DNA of 63,710 nt, filler included, from Chrysochromulina tobinii (Eukaryota), in the NCBI GenBank assembly GCA_001275005.1. It is 6 parts of 6 records of this genome, joined end to end, with 100 filler letters (N's around TTAATTAATTAA, not from the genome) between each part and the next. Parts side by side here need not be neighbours in the genome. Positions count along the whole stretch, not along the records: positions 12,721 to 31,808 come from JWZX01001382.1; positions 31,909 to 45,684 come from JWZX01001383.1; 4 more parts are not named here. One strand, 5' to 3'. Made by a program: the position numbers and the translations under genes. The stretch's first letter is position 1, and each line of letters starts with the position of its first letter. Of the stretch, positions 22,797 to 34,103 are shown piece after piece. The notes under the pieces were generated by a model. It searched no databases. It was not told where the DNA came from and saw nothing but the letters and a program-made list of their open reading frames with translations.

Positions 22797-24846
22797 CTAC
22801 CGCTCGTACAACACTTTTGAGAGGGGCACTCGCTTCCCTTCCTTGGCCCCCTTGAGAAAGGCTGACGACTCGATGGCGGCCTGGTTGCTGCCCGAGGCGA
22901 GCGAGAGCTGCGAGTGGAGCAGGTAGTCGATGAACTCGTCCGCGGTGACGCTCCCGTCGCCGTCGGCGTCGAGCTGCGCAAAGATCTTATCGAAAGCATC
23001 GGGCACGATCTCGAATGGGCAGACGGCCGAGAAGGACTTGAACAGCTCGTCCTTTTCGAGCTTGCCGTCGCCTGAGGTGTCGAAGTAGGCGAAGGCGTCG
23101 TTCATGGTCTGGCGGAAGAGCTGCTTCTGCTCGCGGAACTGCGCGAGGTACACTGACACGAAGAGGTCGTACGGGAGAATCTCGTCATGAGAATGGATGT
23201 CGAAGGACGTCCCTGCCTTGGCCGCAGCTCTCGAGAAGGCCTCAAGGACCTGATCAAGCTTGTTGCGCAGCCCAATGTCGCGAAGGCCGGCCTGCAGGTC
23301 ATAGACGGAGAGGGCGCCATCGCCCTGCAGGTCGAAGAAGCTAAAGGCTTTCTCGAGCTCGAGCAGCGCGAGTGGCTGCCATGCGGTGCAATGAGGGGCA
23401 ATTAGGGGCAATCAGGGTCGATGAAGGGTCGATGAGGGGCAACTAGGGGCAATTAGGGGCAATCAGGGGCAATCAGGGTCGATGAGGGGTCGAGTAGTGG
23501 CGAGTAGCCAGTAGTAGCACTCACCTGTGCGAGGGACAGGTCGTCGCCCGCGTCGTTCGGCCGGCTGCTGGCTCCAGAGAGCACCACGAGCGCCCACGAG
23601 CGCGCGAACATCTCCATCAACGCCGCGTTTTTGGTGAACGCGATCGTGAAGACCAGTGGTAGGTGATCCGACGGGTGCTCTTCGTTCGGGATGGGCTTGT
23701 CCATGGTCAGAATCGGCATGTCTGCCTTGTCGGTCACCTGGAGGGTCGACTGCACGAAGGAGACAGCCAGAGGCCATCAGAGGGCACCAGAGGCCATTCT
23801 TAGGCCATTCTCAGGCAATCAGGACGCACCTGCACGAACAGGTAGTCGATGCACATCTTGCGTGTGGTGGTGACCGAAGTGGGCAACGAGCGTGGCGCCG
23901 AGGCGGTGAAGATGAACGGGTGGACTGCCTCCGAGCAGAGCTCAAACACTACACGGGCGATGTTGGCAATCTGCTGGATGTTAGTCGTGTTCAGGTCGCC
24001 CGCGAGGATCACCGGCGCGTCGAGCGCGTGGTTCGCTTGCGCAAAGTCAGTGAGCCCCTTGAGCAGCTGCGCCGTCTGCTTCGCACGCGAGCTCGTCTGT
24101 TTGGGGTCCTCGGGGTTTCGTGCGAGATGCGTCGAGATGAAGATGACCTGGCGGCCCGACGTGTGCTGGAGCAGCGCCACCAGACCGACGCGGTCCTTGA
24201 CCTCGCGTCCTTTCGCGTCCAACCGGTCAACGAACTCGAAGCAGTCGGAGGCGATCAGAGAGAAGACGCCCACCTTGTAGAAGATGGCACAACCGTCCGC
24301 GGACGACTTGCGAGGGCGTTGCTTGTACACGGCCGCGTAGCCCGCCGCCTTGAGGTTGGGCAAGAAGAAGCTCTCGTAGTTGTCGCACTCGACGAGCGAG
24401 ATCAGGTCAGCGTGGCAGCTCTTGATGACCGTAATCAGCTTTTCCTTCCGACCGTCCCACCGAAAGTGTTTCTCGTTGTACTTCTCGACGATGGCCTGCT
24501 CCTCGTCGGTCAGGATGCCCTTGACGTACTTGGGCCAGCCCGCATTCGCGTACGTGCCGTCCTCCCCCTTCTCGTAAAACTTCTTGAAGATGGCCTCGCG
24601 TCGCTCACTTGAAAGGTCCAGCCCGTACAGGAACCACGGCTGCGTGTTGTCGCCGAGGTAGCCAGCGAGGATGTTGTACTGCGCGACGACGAACTCGTGG
24701 GCGGCGCGTGCGCCGCCCTTCCCGCGCAGAACGTCGATCTCCTCCTGCTGCCGCAGCACCTGCGTTTGCAGCCTCACCACCTGCTGCTGGAGATCGTGGA
24801 CATCCGCGGGGCTAACCCTCGCCTTGCGCATGCCGAGGCATGACAT
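22797..24846 (-). CDS. CCR4/nocturnin-like EEP phosphoesterase fused to EF-hands; exons 24846-23830, 23749-23525, 23375-22797
   Basis: QYNILA, LVECD, THLA, GDLNT, IDYLF, PSDHLPL; EF-hand loops DLQGDGALSVYD, DTSGDGKLEKDE, DADGDGSVTADE; both introns phase 0. Confidence 0.85.
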
Positions 24847-25206
24847 GGGATCCTCGTTGAAGAGCGCTGTCTCCCTTATCAAATGGGCTGGTGCTCGCCA
24901 GCGACGTGACACGAGCCGGAACGTTTGACGCCGAGCTACTGCTCGCAGAATGGTCGGCGGAGAAGGTCGATCACATGACGATAAAGTTTCGAAGCTCACA
25001 CCTTTTGCTGTGAACTTGTCTTGGAATCGGTTCGCAAAGATGAGCCAGGGTGCGTTAGTACGTGCGTGCGTCCGTCCGTCACGTCCGATGCCCTAAATCG
25101 GCGCCGTTTATCGTCGATGCGCGCGCGTGCGGCGGAGCGCACGGCGAGAGACTGAAGAAGGTCGAGCGTGTACACATGTAGACCCGCTTGAATCCACACA
25201 GCACGA

Positions 25207-25625
25207 GTCAAGTCCAGTCCAGTCAAGTCAAGTCAAGTCAAGTCAATACATGTAGGCTTCCGTAAAGACTTGACTTGACACACATGTACGTTTCACTATG
25301 TTCAGTGTGAATACGCGTTCATACGCGTTTTAAGCGGCCCGGCCCGGCGGCTGATCGAGTATGGCTGTGATAAGGGGTCCAGGGGTCCCCGAGCTAGTTG
25401 TGACCGCACACGTGTGAGTGTACGCCGGTAACCGCACACGTGTGAGTGTACGCCGGTCCGGTGGGGTCGTGAGTGTCGAACTGTCGAATTATAAAAATTG
25501 GCTGTGAAAGTGAATGTCTCTTGTGTGATTTCTGACACGTGCACGCACACTCACTCACTCAAACACTCACTCACTCAAACACTCGCTCACTCACTCAGCT
25601 CACTCACACTCTCTCTCACTCACGA
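25207..25625. repeat. Intergenic simple-repeat cluster: (AGTCA)n with inverted (GACTT)n, 28-bp-period direct repeat at 25403-25457, (CACT)n tract
   Basis: Directly visible. Confidence 0.7.
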
Positions 25626-26450
25626 CGTATGAAATCTCGCAGAGACCTCCGGCGGGATTCACAGAGATTCCCTTTCCGGTGCGCCGAAGAAGTGACGTTC
25701 CACGAACAATCATGAAGGCCTTGTCCTCGATGTCGATGCTGGCCGGCGACTGCAGCTACGGTGCCGCCGATGGCGGTGGCAGGCTGTGCGTGCCGCGCTA
25801 GTGCCGCGCTTCTGCGAACCGCCGCCCGCCATTAAGGCGGCGCCATGGGCGCAGATGAACGCTAACTACCTGAACGTGCCCCCCGTATATAACTTCACGC
25901 GGCGACCGGGTCTGATGGTCAGCTGCGGAGCATACTCTTCGAGGCTCGCGCCGATCGGAACTATCAAGGGTTCAATCTGGAGAAGATCTGCAAGAGTCGA
26001 TGCAAGAGCATCAGCTTGTCGCCAGACCTCGCCCCGTGTGCGGGCGCGTCGTGTCCCCATTTCGCGGTTTCGCGCGCGGAGATACAGAAGTTTTTGTTCA
26101 AGATCCTTCGGCGCTTTGACAAGTTTGGCGTGAGATACACGCGTGCGTGCGAGAGACCCCCCCATGGCCGCCGCTCCGTCGCTGGTTGCGCAGGAGCTCG
26201 CCGAAGTCAGGGACCTGAACGAGCTTGCGGCCGAGAGTGGCTAAGTGCCATGTTTTCCAGGGCGGCGAGGACTTTCTTTACGCTACCGATCGGCCAACTC
26301 AGCAAGATCAAGCTGGTCCGTCAGCAGGAGTTGCACATCGAATGGGAGCGTGACGGGCAGAAGCAAAAGATTCGGCTGCTGCTGCCTCCAGGCGAGCCTG
26401 AGGGGACGATGCAGCTCTGTTTCGACCTTATCGTCCTCAAGATAGACGTG

Positions 26451-26549
26451 CATGAATCCTACATGTATCCTCGAACCACTGCAGATACATGTATCCCGCA
26501 TGTATCCCGCATGGATCCTCGCATGTATCCCTCATGTATCTCGCATGTA
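26451..26549 (+). repeat. CATGTATCC-type tandem repeat, possibly inside an intron ending CCTCGCAG at ~26573 of a small unknown or degraded gene (from ~26250)
   Basis: Repeated catgtatcc/catggatcc units followed by an acceptor-like site; no convincing donor found. Confidence 0.45.
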
Positions 26550-27226
26550 ACCCACGTGCGTCCCTCCTCGCAGGTGTGCCTGCCTTGAAACAGCTTCAGG
26601 GGCGCGCAAAGGAGATGAAGAGCAAGACCTCGGGGAGCTTTATAGCCAAGAGCGCGAAGCGCACCAACTTCTCCTGCTGCACTGAAAGGGTTGAGTTGGC
26701 CCTCTTTTTCTCCTTTGGGATTTCTCCATGGGACCCTCTGCCCTGGATCATGTAAACATCATTGTGACTTTGCTTGTCCTCATTCTCCTCCTCCTCATCT
26801 GGCTCCTCGGTCGCGGAGGGCTAAGAGGGCAGGATGCCCTGCTGGTAGAAGTAGCCAGTAGGGTGCTCCAGGATGCGGTAGTGATTGCCATCCTTGGACA
26901 CGCGCTTCCACGCGCACTGCTCGCCCCTGAAGTGCTGCTTGCCACCACGCGAATTGACGCCAGGGGACAAGAACCATAACCCGATAAGGTAGCCGAGCTT
27001 GAATCCTTGAACCCCAGACAGCCAAATACGAAAGAATAAACGCTTAAACGACCGCCGCATAGCGCATTCGGCGCCTTTGCGCGCCGTTGCGGTATCTAAA
27101 TATAAGTTAGCGTAATATCTAATAACCCTTCGACTCATCCACATCCCGGCCAGCCCAGTTCGCGTTAAATTAGGGTTATAGGCGGGGAAAGGCGGGACCT
27201 ACGGCCGACCGCTGAGTATTAATTTA

Positions 27227-28435
27227 CTACGTAGTAGAATGTAGTGCGGTGTGTTTATCCAGTGGAAATCCATACTGTTGCTCGAACTCCCAGCCAAGCC
27301 GTGAGCGCTCGCGCTGCCTCCGAAACTTGGCAGCCTCCGGAATCTCTGCGCTCACCCAGGAGCCGTCGTTGCGCGGATGCAGCACCGAGACTGCGATCGA
27401 TTGCAGGAAGAGGCCGCCACTGCGTTTGCCGCCAAACGAACCCTCGCCCCCGCCGACGGTTGGATAGAGGTCATCGCCGCAGATGGCAAACCCGAGCTCC
27501 TGGCAATGCCGGCGCAGCTGGTGGCGGCGTCCGGTGAGCGGCTGCAAATCCACAGTCGTGAGCCAGCCTGCCTGAACATGCGGCGTGTGCTCGAGCACGC
27601 GGACGAGCGTCTGCGCCGGCCGGCCGTCGATCAGTGACGTGACGCGCAGCTCTGCACCGTCAGCTTCCGAGCTGACCTCGAGGCCGCCAGCGGCCTTTGT
27701 CGCGGCAGAGCACGCCGCCTCGAGGCATTCGATCACGTCCAACCGCCCGACAAGCAGCGCCCGATACCGCTTGCGCACTTGCCGCTCGCGAAAGCTCGCG
27801 GCGAGGCTGGCGGCAGCGGAGCGGGTCTTGGCGACCACGACGAGGCCTTGGACGCGCTTGTCGAGACGATGCACGGCCGTCGGGCGCAGGAGTGCGTCAC
27901 GTGCGCCGCTCGGCGGCGGCGTGAGCACCGCCGGCAACGCATGCTCGAGCGCCAGAGGCATGCCGAAAGGCTTGGTGTGAATGCCGGCCGGCTTATCGAC
28001 GATGGCCATCTCGTCGTCTTCGTGCAGCACGGCAAGGGCGCCCGTGCTCAACAAGCCTTCAGCGAAGAGGATCGCGCGTTTGTCTTGCCTCTGCTCGCCG
28101 GAGGCGCTGCCGCCCGTCGCAGGAAGGAGCGTGACAGTATCGCCGGGGCATACTCGCACGTGCGGTTGCGCAATTTCACCGTTGAGAAGAAGCCGCTGCT
28201 GCTTCGCAGCGCGGATACCTTGTGACGTCGAGCCGAGAGAGGCGAATGCAGACCCAGCGAATCGGCCTATCCGTGGACCCTCGTCGATAGTGCCACTCTG
28301 AACAAGAGCGATCTCAGGTGCATGCTGCGCCGTAGCGGATGCAGCGTGCGTCCAAAGGGCAAACGTTTGAGCAGCGATGCTGCTGCCTATCGATAGGACA
28401 GGAGCAAGGTTGGCAAGGACAGGAAGGAACATCAT
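27227..28435 (-). CDS. RluA/RluD-family pseudouridine synthase, probably organelle-targeted
   Basis: IVDKPAG, VHRLDKRVQGLVVVAK, KRYRAL, TGRRHQLRRH, ICGDDLY; S4-like segment and hydrophobic leader. Confidence 0.9.
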   Translation of the reverse strand: MMFLPVLANLAPVLSIGSSIAAQTFALWTHAASATAQHAPEIALVQSGTIDEGPRIGRFAGSAFASLGSTSQGIRAAKQQRLLLNGEIAQPHVRVCPGDTVTLLPATGGSASGEQRQDKRAILFAEGLLSTGALAVLHEDDEMAIVDKPAGIHTKPFGMPLALEHALPAVLTPPPSGARDALLRPTAVHRLDKRVQGLVVVAKTRSAAASLAASFRERQVRKRYRALLVGRLDVIECLEAACSAATKAAGGLEVSSEADGAELRVTSLIDGRPAQTLVRVLEHTPHVQAGWLTTVDLQPLTGRRHQLRRHCQELGFAICGDDLYPTVGGGEGSFGGKRSGGLFLQSIAVSVLHPRNDGSWVSAEIPEAAKFRRQRERSRLGWEFEQQYGFPLDKHTALHSTT

Positions 28436-28968
28436 GAGATCCGCCTCGCCTCGTGCTGTGAATTGGCTGTGAATCGTTTAGGGTCGTCGTCGAGAGTGCC
28501 CTGCCTTTGTGTGAAAGTGGGAATTGATTGGCGGTTAATACATGTAGGCCGCCTAGTCTCTATTCTCTGAATCTATGTGTAGGGCCTTTTGACTGCGTGT
28601 GATACATGAAACCAATTACAAGTAACCATAGGCTGTGAACATCATGAATCCTGTTGTGCTGTTGAACACTCGGCCGCGCCTCTGATCAACATTAAAATTA
28701 ATCATGGTGGATCACTCACAATTGATCACAGCAGGCGTTGAGAGGACCCGCAGAGGAGGGGCGCGTATTTAAGCTTCAACGATTAAAAATCACGCGGGTG
28801 GATCGGACGCTCCCGCCGGCTCCGTCGACCGTCCGTGCTGGCGGTGCTCCGTCCGGGTTCGGATCCGGGCGCTCGGCTTCAATTGCTCCGCACTGGCTTA
28901 TAAAAGGCAATAAGGCGGCTTATTTATCATTTTTAATTATTCGATCGGCGCTCCGCGATTGAGCCCTG

Positions 28969-29160
28969 GCCTCGACAACTCGACAGGAAACTCGACAGGA
29001 ACTCGACAGGCTACTCAACAGGATAGCTCGACAGCTACTCGACAGACCTCGACAGACCTCGACAGAAACCCTCTGACTCCATGCGCCTGGGCGTCAAGGT
29101 GTCAAGCTCGACAGCTCAACAGCTCGACAGACCTCGACAGACCTCAACAGGCCTCGACAC
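28969..29160. repeat. CTCGACA-based irregular tandem repeat, block 1
   Basis: Many CTCGACA(G) units with short variable linkers. Confidence 0.9.
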
Positions 29161-29449
29161 GAGGTCTCCTCTAAGACTGTTCTAAGACTGGGTAAAGCCA
29201 GGTTAGAGCCCCACTCCTTCAAGGTGAAGGTTGATGGACCCACTGGTCAACTACACAACTTGGTGGCTGGATGATGGATGTTCTGTGGTGGACCTTTCGT
29301 TCCACCGGTTCGTGCTCTTTCGTGCTCTTTTTGACCTAATTCTCCTCAGAATTGCATTAAGATTGCATTTTCAGGTCTTGAAACCAGTGGCTAGGTAGGG
29401 GTTTAGGGTGGGTATTACAAAAATAACAGTAAAGAAACCTGTGGCTATG

Positions 29450-29475
29450 TAGGGGTTAGGGGTTAGGGGTTAGGG
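29450..29475 (+). repeat. Short interstitial telomere-like tract TAGGGG(TTAGGGG)2TTAGGG
   Basis: Directly visible; a related GTAGGGGTTTAGGG lies at ~29395. Confidence 0.55.
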
Positions 29476-29607
29476 TGTGACGTCCTGACGTCTCCGAGTT
29501 CTTCATCCGTTTGACCTAGTTTGGTTGGTGGTTTATATGTGTGGGTCCTCTAGGCCTACTGCTGTGAGAGTCAGTGTGCTTCATGCAAAATAGCAAAGCT
29601 ACATGCC

Positions 29608-29850
29608 AGGCTCGAGCTCGACAGCACACTCGACAGCACATAACTCGACAGCCTCGACACCGTCGACAGAGAAACTCGACAGGAACTCGACAGCTCGACA
29701 GCCCTCGACGCCCAGGCGCATGGAGTCAGCCTAGACAGGCTCGACAGGACCTCGACAGCTACTCGACAGGCTCGACAAGGCTCGACAGGCAAGGCCTCGA
29801 CAACGGCCTCGACAGCGGCTCGACGGAGCCTCGACAGCTCGACAGCCAGG
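29608..29850. repeat. CTCGACA-based irregular tandem repeat, block 2
   Basis: Same unit as block 1; contains a 23-nt core inverted relative to block 1. Confidence 0.9.
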
Positions 29851-30345
29851 GCTCAACTCCGCGATATTCTCGATCTCGTCATATTTTTCGGACGCTGAGA
29901 TCACGATCACATCACAAATAGCTAAGCTCCCCGCATTCGATAATGGTACTCGACAGACGACACGAAGACTGGCACCCGACCAATCCAAGCTCGACCAGCC
30001 GCACGAGCCACGACACAAAACGAAATACACTGCCTCTCTGGCGCTTCGCAACCGAGACGACAGGCTCGCACTCGCGAGAATGGTCGACTGCGAGGGATAA
30101 TGGATCGCGCCTTGTACTGTACCGTTGCTGGGCCGGCCTCCGTCTCGCCACAAGGCAGAGCCTCCCATGCGTCTCTCCTCCCCCCTTGCAGTGCGGCGAG
30201 TTGACCCACGAGTCCACCCCCCCCCCCCTCTCGTTCGCAAGCAGCAGAGCCTCCGTGCCTCGCCGGCTCTTGTGGGAACCAGCGCGATAGGCCCACACGT
30301 CTCTGAGCGGAGCGAGTGGGACGCCAACCGACTCGACATCACGAT

Positions 30346-31059
30346 TTACTGCCCATCCTGCTCGTCTGACGTCCAGAGGGTGAGGTTGTCGCGGAGGAGC
30401 TGCATGATGAGGGTCGAGTCCTTGTAGCTCTCCTCGTCGAGCGTGTCGAGCTCGGCGATCGCGTCGTCGAAAGCCTGCTTCGCGAGGTCGCACGCCTCCT
30501 GCGACTTGCCCTGCACCTCGTACAGGAAGACGGAGAAGTTGAGCGCGAGACCGAGGCGGATCGGGTGCGTGGGAGCGAGGCCGGAGGCCTTGTCGGTGGC
30601 CGACTTGTATGCCTCCTCCGCGTTGGTAGCGTGCTCCAACCTCGTCCCGCCCTGCGCGAATTCGGCAAGGTAGCGGTAGTAGTCGGCCTTCATCTTCAGG
30701 TAGAAGACCGAGGCCTCGGCACTGCCGCCCGCCTTCTCGATGAGGGTTGAGCTGAGCAGCTCGAGGATGTCGTTGCAGATCTTGTTGAGCTCGTCGAGCA
30801 CCTTGGCCTCGTACGAAGACACGAGCCCCGTCTTGCCGCCGCCCTTCTCGACCTCCTTGCTCTTGATGGAGCCAATAATGCGGAGCGAGGCACGGCGGGC
30901 GCCGACAACGTTCTTGTACGCGACGGAGAGCAGGTTGCGCTCCTCGAGCGAGAGGTCGGCGGATGCCGCCTGGGCAACCTTCTTCATGTACTCGACCATC
31001 TCGTCGTAACGCTCCGCCTGCTCGGCAAGCTTAGCCATGTAAACATCATCAGAGGACAT
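30346..31059 (-). CDS. 14-3-3 protein
   Basis: [69 protein letters not shown]. Confidence 0.98.
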   Translation of the reverse strand: MSSDDVYMAKLAEQAERYDEMVEYMKKVAQAASADLSLEERNLLSVAYKNVVGARRASLRIIGSIKSKEVEKGGGKTGLVSSYEAKVLDELNKICNDILELLSSTLIEKAGGSAEASVFYLKMKADYYRYLAEFAQGGTRLEHATNAEEAYKSATDKASGLAPTHPIRLGLALNFSVFLYEVQGKSQEACDLAKQAFDDAIAELDTLDEESYKDSTLIMQLLRDNLTLWTSDEQDGQ

Positions 31060-32040
31060 TGCGGCGGCAGGGATGTTGGAGAGCGCGTCGGTCGCTGCTG
31101 CTGCTGTGAAACACAAACGCGCACACGCTCCGGGCCCCCAAGCACGAGGGCCTCTATCGCTATGGACGGAGGTGTGACCGACGGGCCCCGTCTACGACAA
31201 CACATCGTAACAGGACTACACAATCGGTGGTAGATATGGCGAGGCAACCACCTCACCACCAAAGTGTTCCGAGAGGCTCTCGGGCAGATGCGCGCGCGCC
31301 CTCCGGTTGGCCTGGCCAGTCAGGCTCCTCTCCACGTGAGGGGCGTCGGTAAGCTGGGCCACTCTCCCCGGGCATCCGTTGGCGGGGTACGGCTTCCGCA
31401 GCAGCCAGTGCTGCCGCGGCCGCCAGCACAGGGGTTACCGCAGCGGCCCCTCGAGCGTGACTCGCCTTGCGCCTGTCCTCCATCGCACGACGCCGGGCGT
31501 GCTTGGCCTCCTGAACCTGAGTGCGGTCCCTAGCGCTACCCGGGAGCCATAGGGGCTGCCCAGTGCCGAGCTGGTGCGCCTTCTGAACCATCGCCTTTCG
31601 TGACTGCTTGAGTGTCGAGTTTACGTAATAATCCTGGGGACCCTGAAAAAGGCGAGCGCAGCAGCCTTTCAGGGTACTGGCTCGGGCCCCCTTTAATTCG
31701 TCCGTCCGTCCTACCTTTTTGCCTTTGCCAATGCGCGCCTCCGCGCCCCGCTGCGACTGGCTCCAGGCGCGTCGGCGGACGGCGCTGCTCCCAACCATCT
31801 CTACATTCNNNNNNNNNNNNNNNNNNNNNNNNNNNNNNNNNNNNNNNNNNNNTTAATTAATTAANNNNNNNNNNNNNNNNNNNNNNNNNNNNNNNNNNNN
31901 NNNNNNNNCCCCGCCCCGGGGGCCTTGGGACTCATTGATTTATGTAGGGCTGATTTCCAAAATTACCCTAATGAGTGCGAGCGGACTACCTTAAAGATGG
32001 ATGTCGCTTCGTAAAATTCACAGATCGATCCGCAGATCTG

Positions 32041-33450
32041 ATGTCGGCCGACCCTCTCATGCTCGCCTCCCTCGAAAAGGTCGGTGGTACGGAACTGCGC
32101 GACCTGCGTGCAAAATGCCTGGTGCTCATGCGCGTTGACGGCGACATGAGCAAGTTCCCAGGTGCGCAGCCCGTATCCTTTGAGCGCAAGCACCTGACGG
32201 TGCCCGACAATCGCCAGGATGCCTCAATCCTCACCGCGCCCTACTTTGCTGCCGAGAAGACGGACGGCGTGCGCTACATGCTCCTCGTGCTGGGCGCCAA
32301 GGGCACATTTGTCGTCGACCGAAACTTTGAGATGCGGCGGCTGCCGCCGATGCGTTTCCCGAGACACACCGATCCCACCAAGCCGCTCGACGAGACGCTG
32401 CTTGATGGCGAGCTCGTCATCGACACCGTAAGCAGCACCGGCGCCAAGAAGCGTCGTCGCAGCGAAGACGTCAACGGCGACGAGGAGGTGTCTGACGAAG
32501 GCGATGCGCCCTCCGCCACCACGACCCCGCGCCTGCGCTACCTTGCATACGACGCATGCTGTGTGGGAGGACGCAAGTGCTGCGGCGACCCGCTGCACCT
32601 ACGGCTGCTGCTGCTGCGGCGCGACGTGCTCGGCCCACGCTACGCGCTCTCACTCAAGGAGCCCGCTGCCTTCGCCGGCGAACACTTTGTACTCGAGCTC
32701 AAGGATTTTTTCGCGATAAAGTTGCTGCCGAGCATCTTCTCCCAGGTGAAGGTGGCGCCGCCGGGCTCGAACATCCTGTACGCGTACAACGACCCACTGC
32801 GCAAGCTCAGCCACGGTAACGACGGCATCATCTTCACGCCCGCGCGCGACCCGTACCTACCGTACACGTGCAAGACACTCCTCAAATGGAAGCCGTCCAA
32901 TATGAACTCGATCGATTTCCGGTTGCGGCGGAAGTGGCGCAAGGGCGAGCCGCGCTTCCTACTCCTCGTGGCTGACCAGACGGTCACCTTCGAGTACGAC
33001 TGGATCACCTTCAGCGACGAAGACCACGCGCGATTCGTCAGGGACTCGAAGGCCGATACGCGCATCATCGAGTGCGTATGGGACCCGAACTGGACCACGA
33101 TCGAGTACGACCCTATCGACGAGCGGGAGCCGTCCTGGGACCACCCTGCAGCCCGGCTTGGCGGCTGGCGCTTCGAGCGCATCCGCGAGGACAAGAAGCA
33201 CCCCAATGACATCCGCACCGTCAAGTCTGTCGAGGTGTCCGTACGGGACGGTGTGACGGCCGTCGAGCTGCTAGGTCAGCTCGGCATCCGTGCGGCGCCC
33301 GGCGCACTGGGCGCCTTTGCCGCCGGCGCAGAGCCAGCACACGGTCCTGCGCCCGTCGCCCCTGCCAACACGCGGGCCGCCCCAGCCGTGGGGCCGACCA
33401 GCACGACTGGGGAGGCCGGTCCGGCGGCACCCGGTGGCAGCACGGAATGA
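32041..33450 (+). CDS. mRNA capping enzyme, stand-alone guanylyltransferase
   Basis: FPGAQPVSF, motif I KTDGVRY, LLDGELV, YLAYD, DGIIF, LLKWKP, RIREDKKHPN. Confidence 0.92.
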   Translation: MSADPLMLASLEKVGGTELRDLRAKCLVLMRVDGDMSKFPGAQPVSFERKHLTVPDNRQDASILTAPYFAAEKTDGVRYMLLVLGAKGTFVVDRNFEMRRLPPMRFPRHTDPTKPLDETLLDGELVIDTVSSTGAKKRRRSEDVNGDEEVSDEGDAPSATTTPRLRYLAYDACCVGGRKCCGDPLHLRLLLLRRDVLGPRYALSLKEPAAFAGEHFVLELKDFFAIKLLPSIFSQVKVAPPGSNILYAYNDPLRKLSHGNDGIIFTPARDPYLPYTCKTLLKWKPSNMNSIDFRLRRKWRKGEPRFLLLVADQTVTFEYDWITFSDEDHARFVRDSKADTRIIECVWDPNWTTIEYDPIDEREPSWDHPAARLGGWRFERIREDKKHPNDIRTVKSVEVSVRDGVTAVELLGQLGIRAAPGALGAFAAGAEPAHGPAPVAPANTRAAPAVGPTSTTGEAGPAAPGGSTE

Positions 33451-34103
33451 CGCTCACGCGGATGCGGGATGGTGCTGCGGACAGCTGAGACACCGGATCC
33501 GCATCTGGAGCAGCCGCGTAATACATACTGTAGGAGCCCTCAGAAGGTAGGTCGAGTGGTATCATATTTGTGTGCTGGGCTTTCGAGATTTCGATCGCGA
33601 TCTTAACCCCGTTCACCAGACGCGCCTCTCAACACGAGTCGGACGCACGCCGCGCGATGCGCGGAACTCCCCGGTCTCCGCCGAGAACCCGCCGAACCCG
33701 AACGGCGAGCGCGAGGGCCCTCAGGCCCGGCCGCCCCGGGCGAGACTATTCGATTATTATGGAAACAGGGTCGACACTCGACAGAGAGCCGCTCCGGGCT
33801 CGCCAGGAACGCGCATTCGGCTTTACCTGGACCGGTACTTCTGACGACCTCACTAGCGAAATTGAGCATTGAGGAGTCCGAGCGAGCGAGTACTCAGTAC
33901 TTGTGTTGACCGAGGGGAGCGGAGCCGTCCGTCGAGACGGTGGTGGAGTGAGCGTGGGGGGACCGCGAAGAAACTGACTGACTGACTGGGTATAGAGAGA
34001 CGAAAAGAAAAGCGGGTCCCCAGCCCTCGCCCCCTGGGCCCATAGTCCGGCCCCGCCGAGTTTGGCCGCGTCCGTCCTAGGACAGGGGGTACAGTTTGAC
34101 AAG

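Noticed and set aside
2974..28435. rsmB, maf, ftsH and rluA-like genes as bacterial contamination or an operon
   Set aside because: Interspersed with eukaryotic genes; ftsH has spliceosomal introns, and ftsH and rluA have targeting leaders.
28969..29850. CTCGACA blocks as CRISPR-like repeat-spacer arrays or coding ORFs
   Set aside because: 7-nt unit with very short irregular linkers; overlapping ORFs are low-complexity by-products.
32041..33450. Capping enzyme as marker of an endogenous giant virus
   Set aside because: Composition matches neighbouring host genes and no other viral hallmark genes are present.
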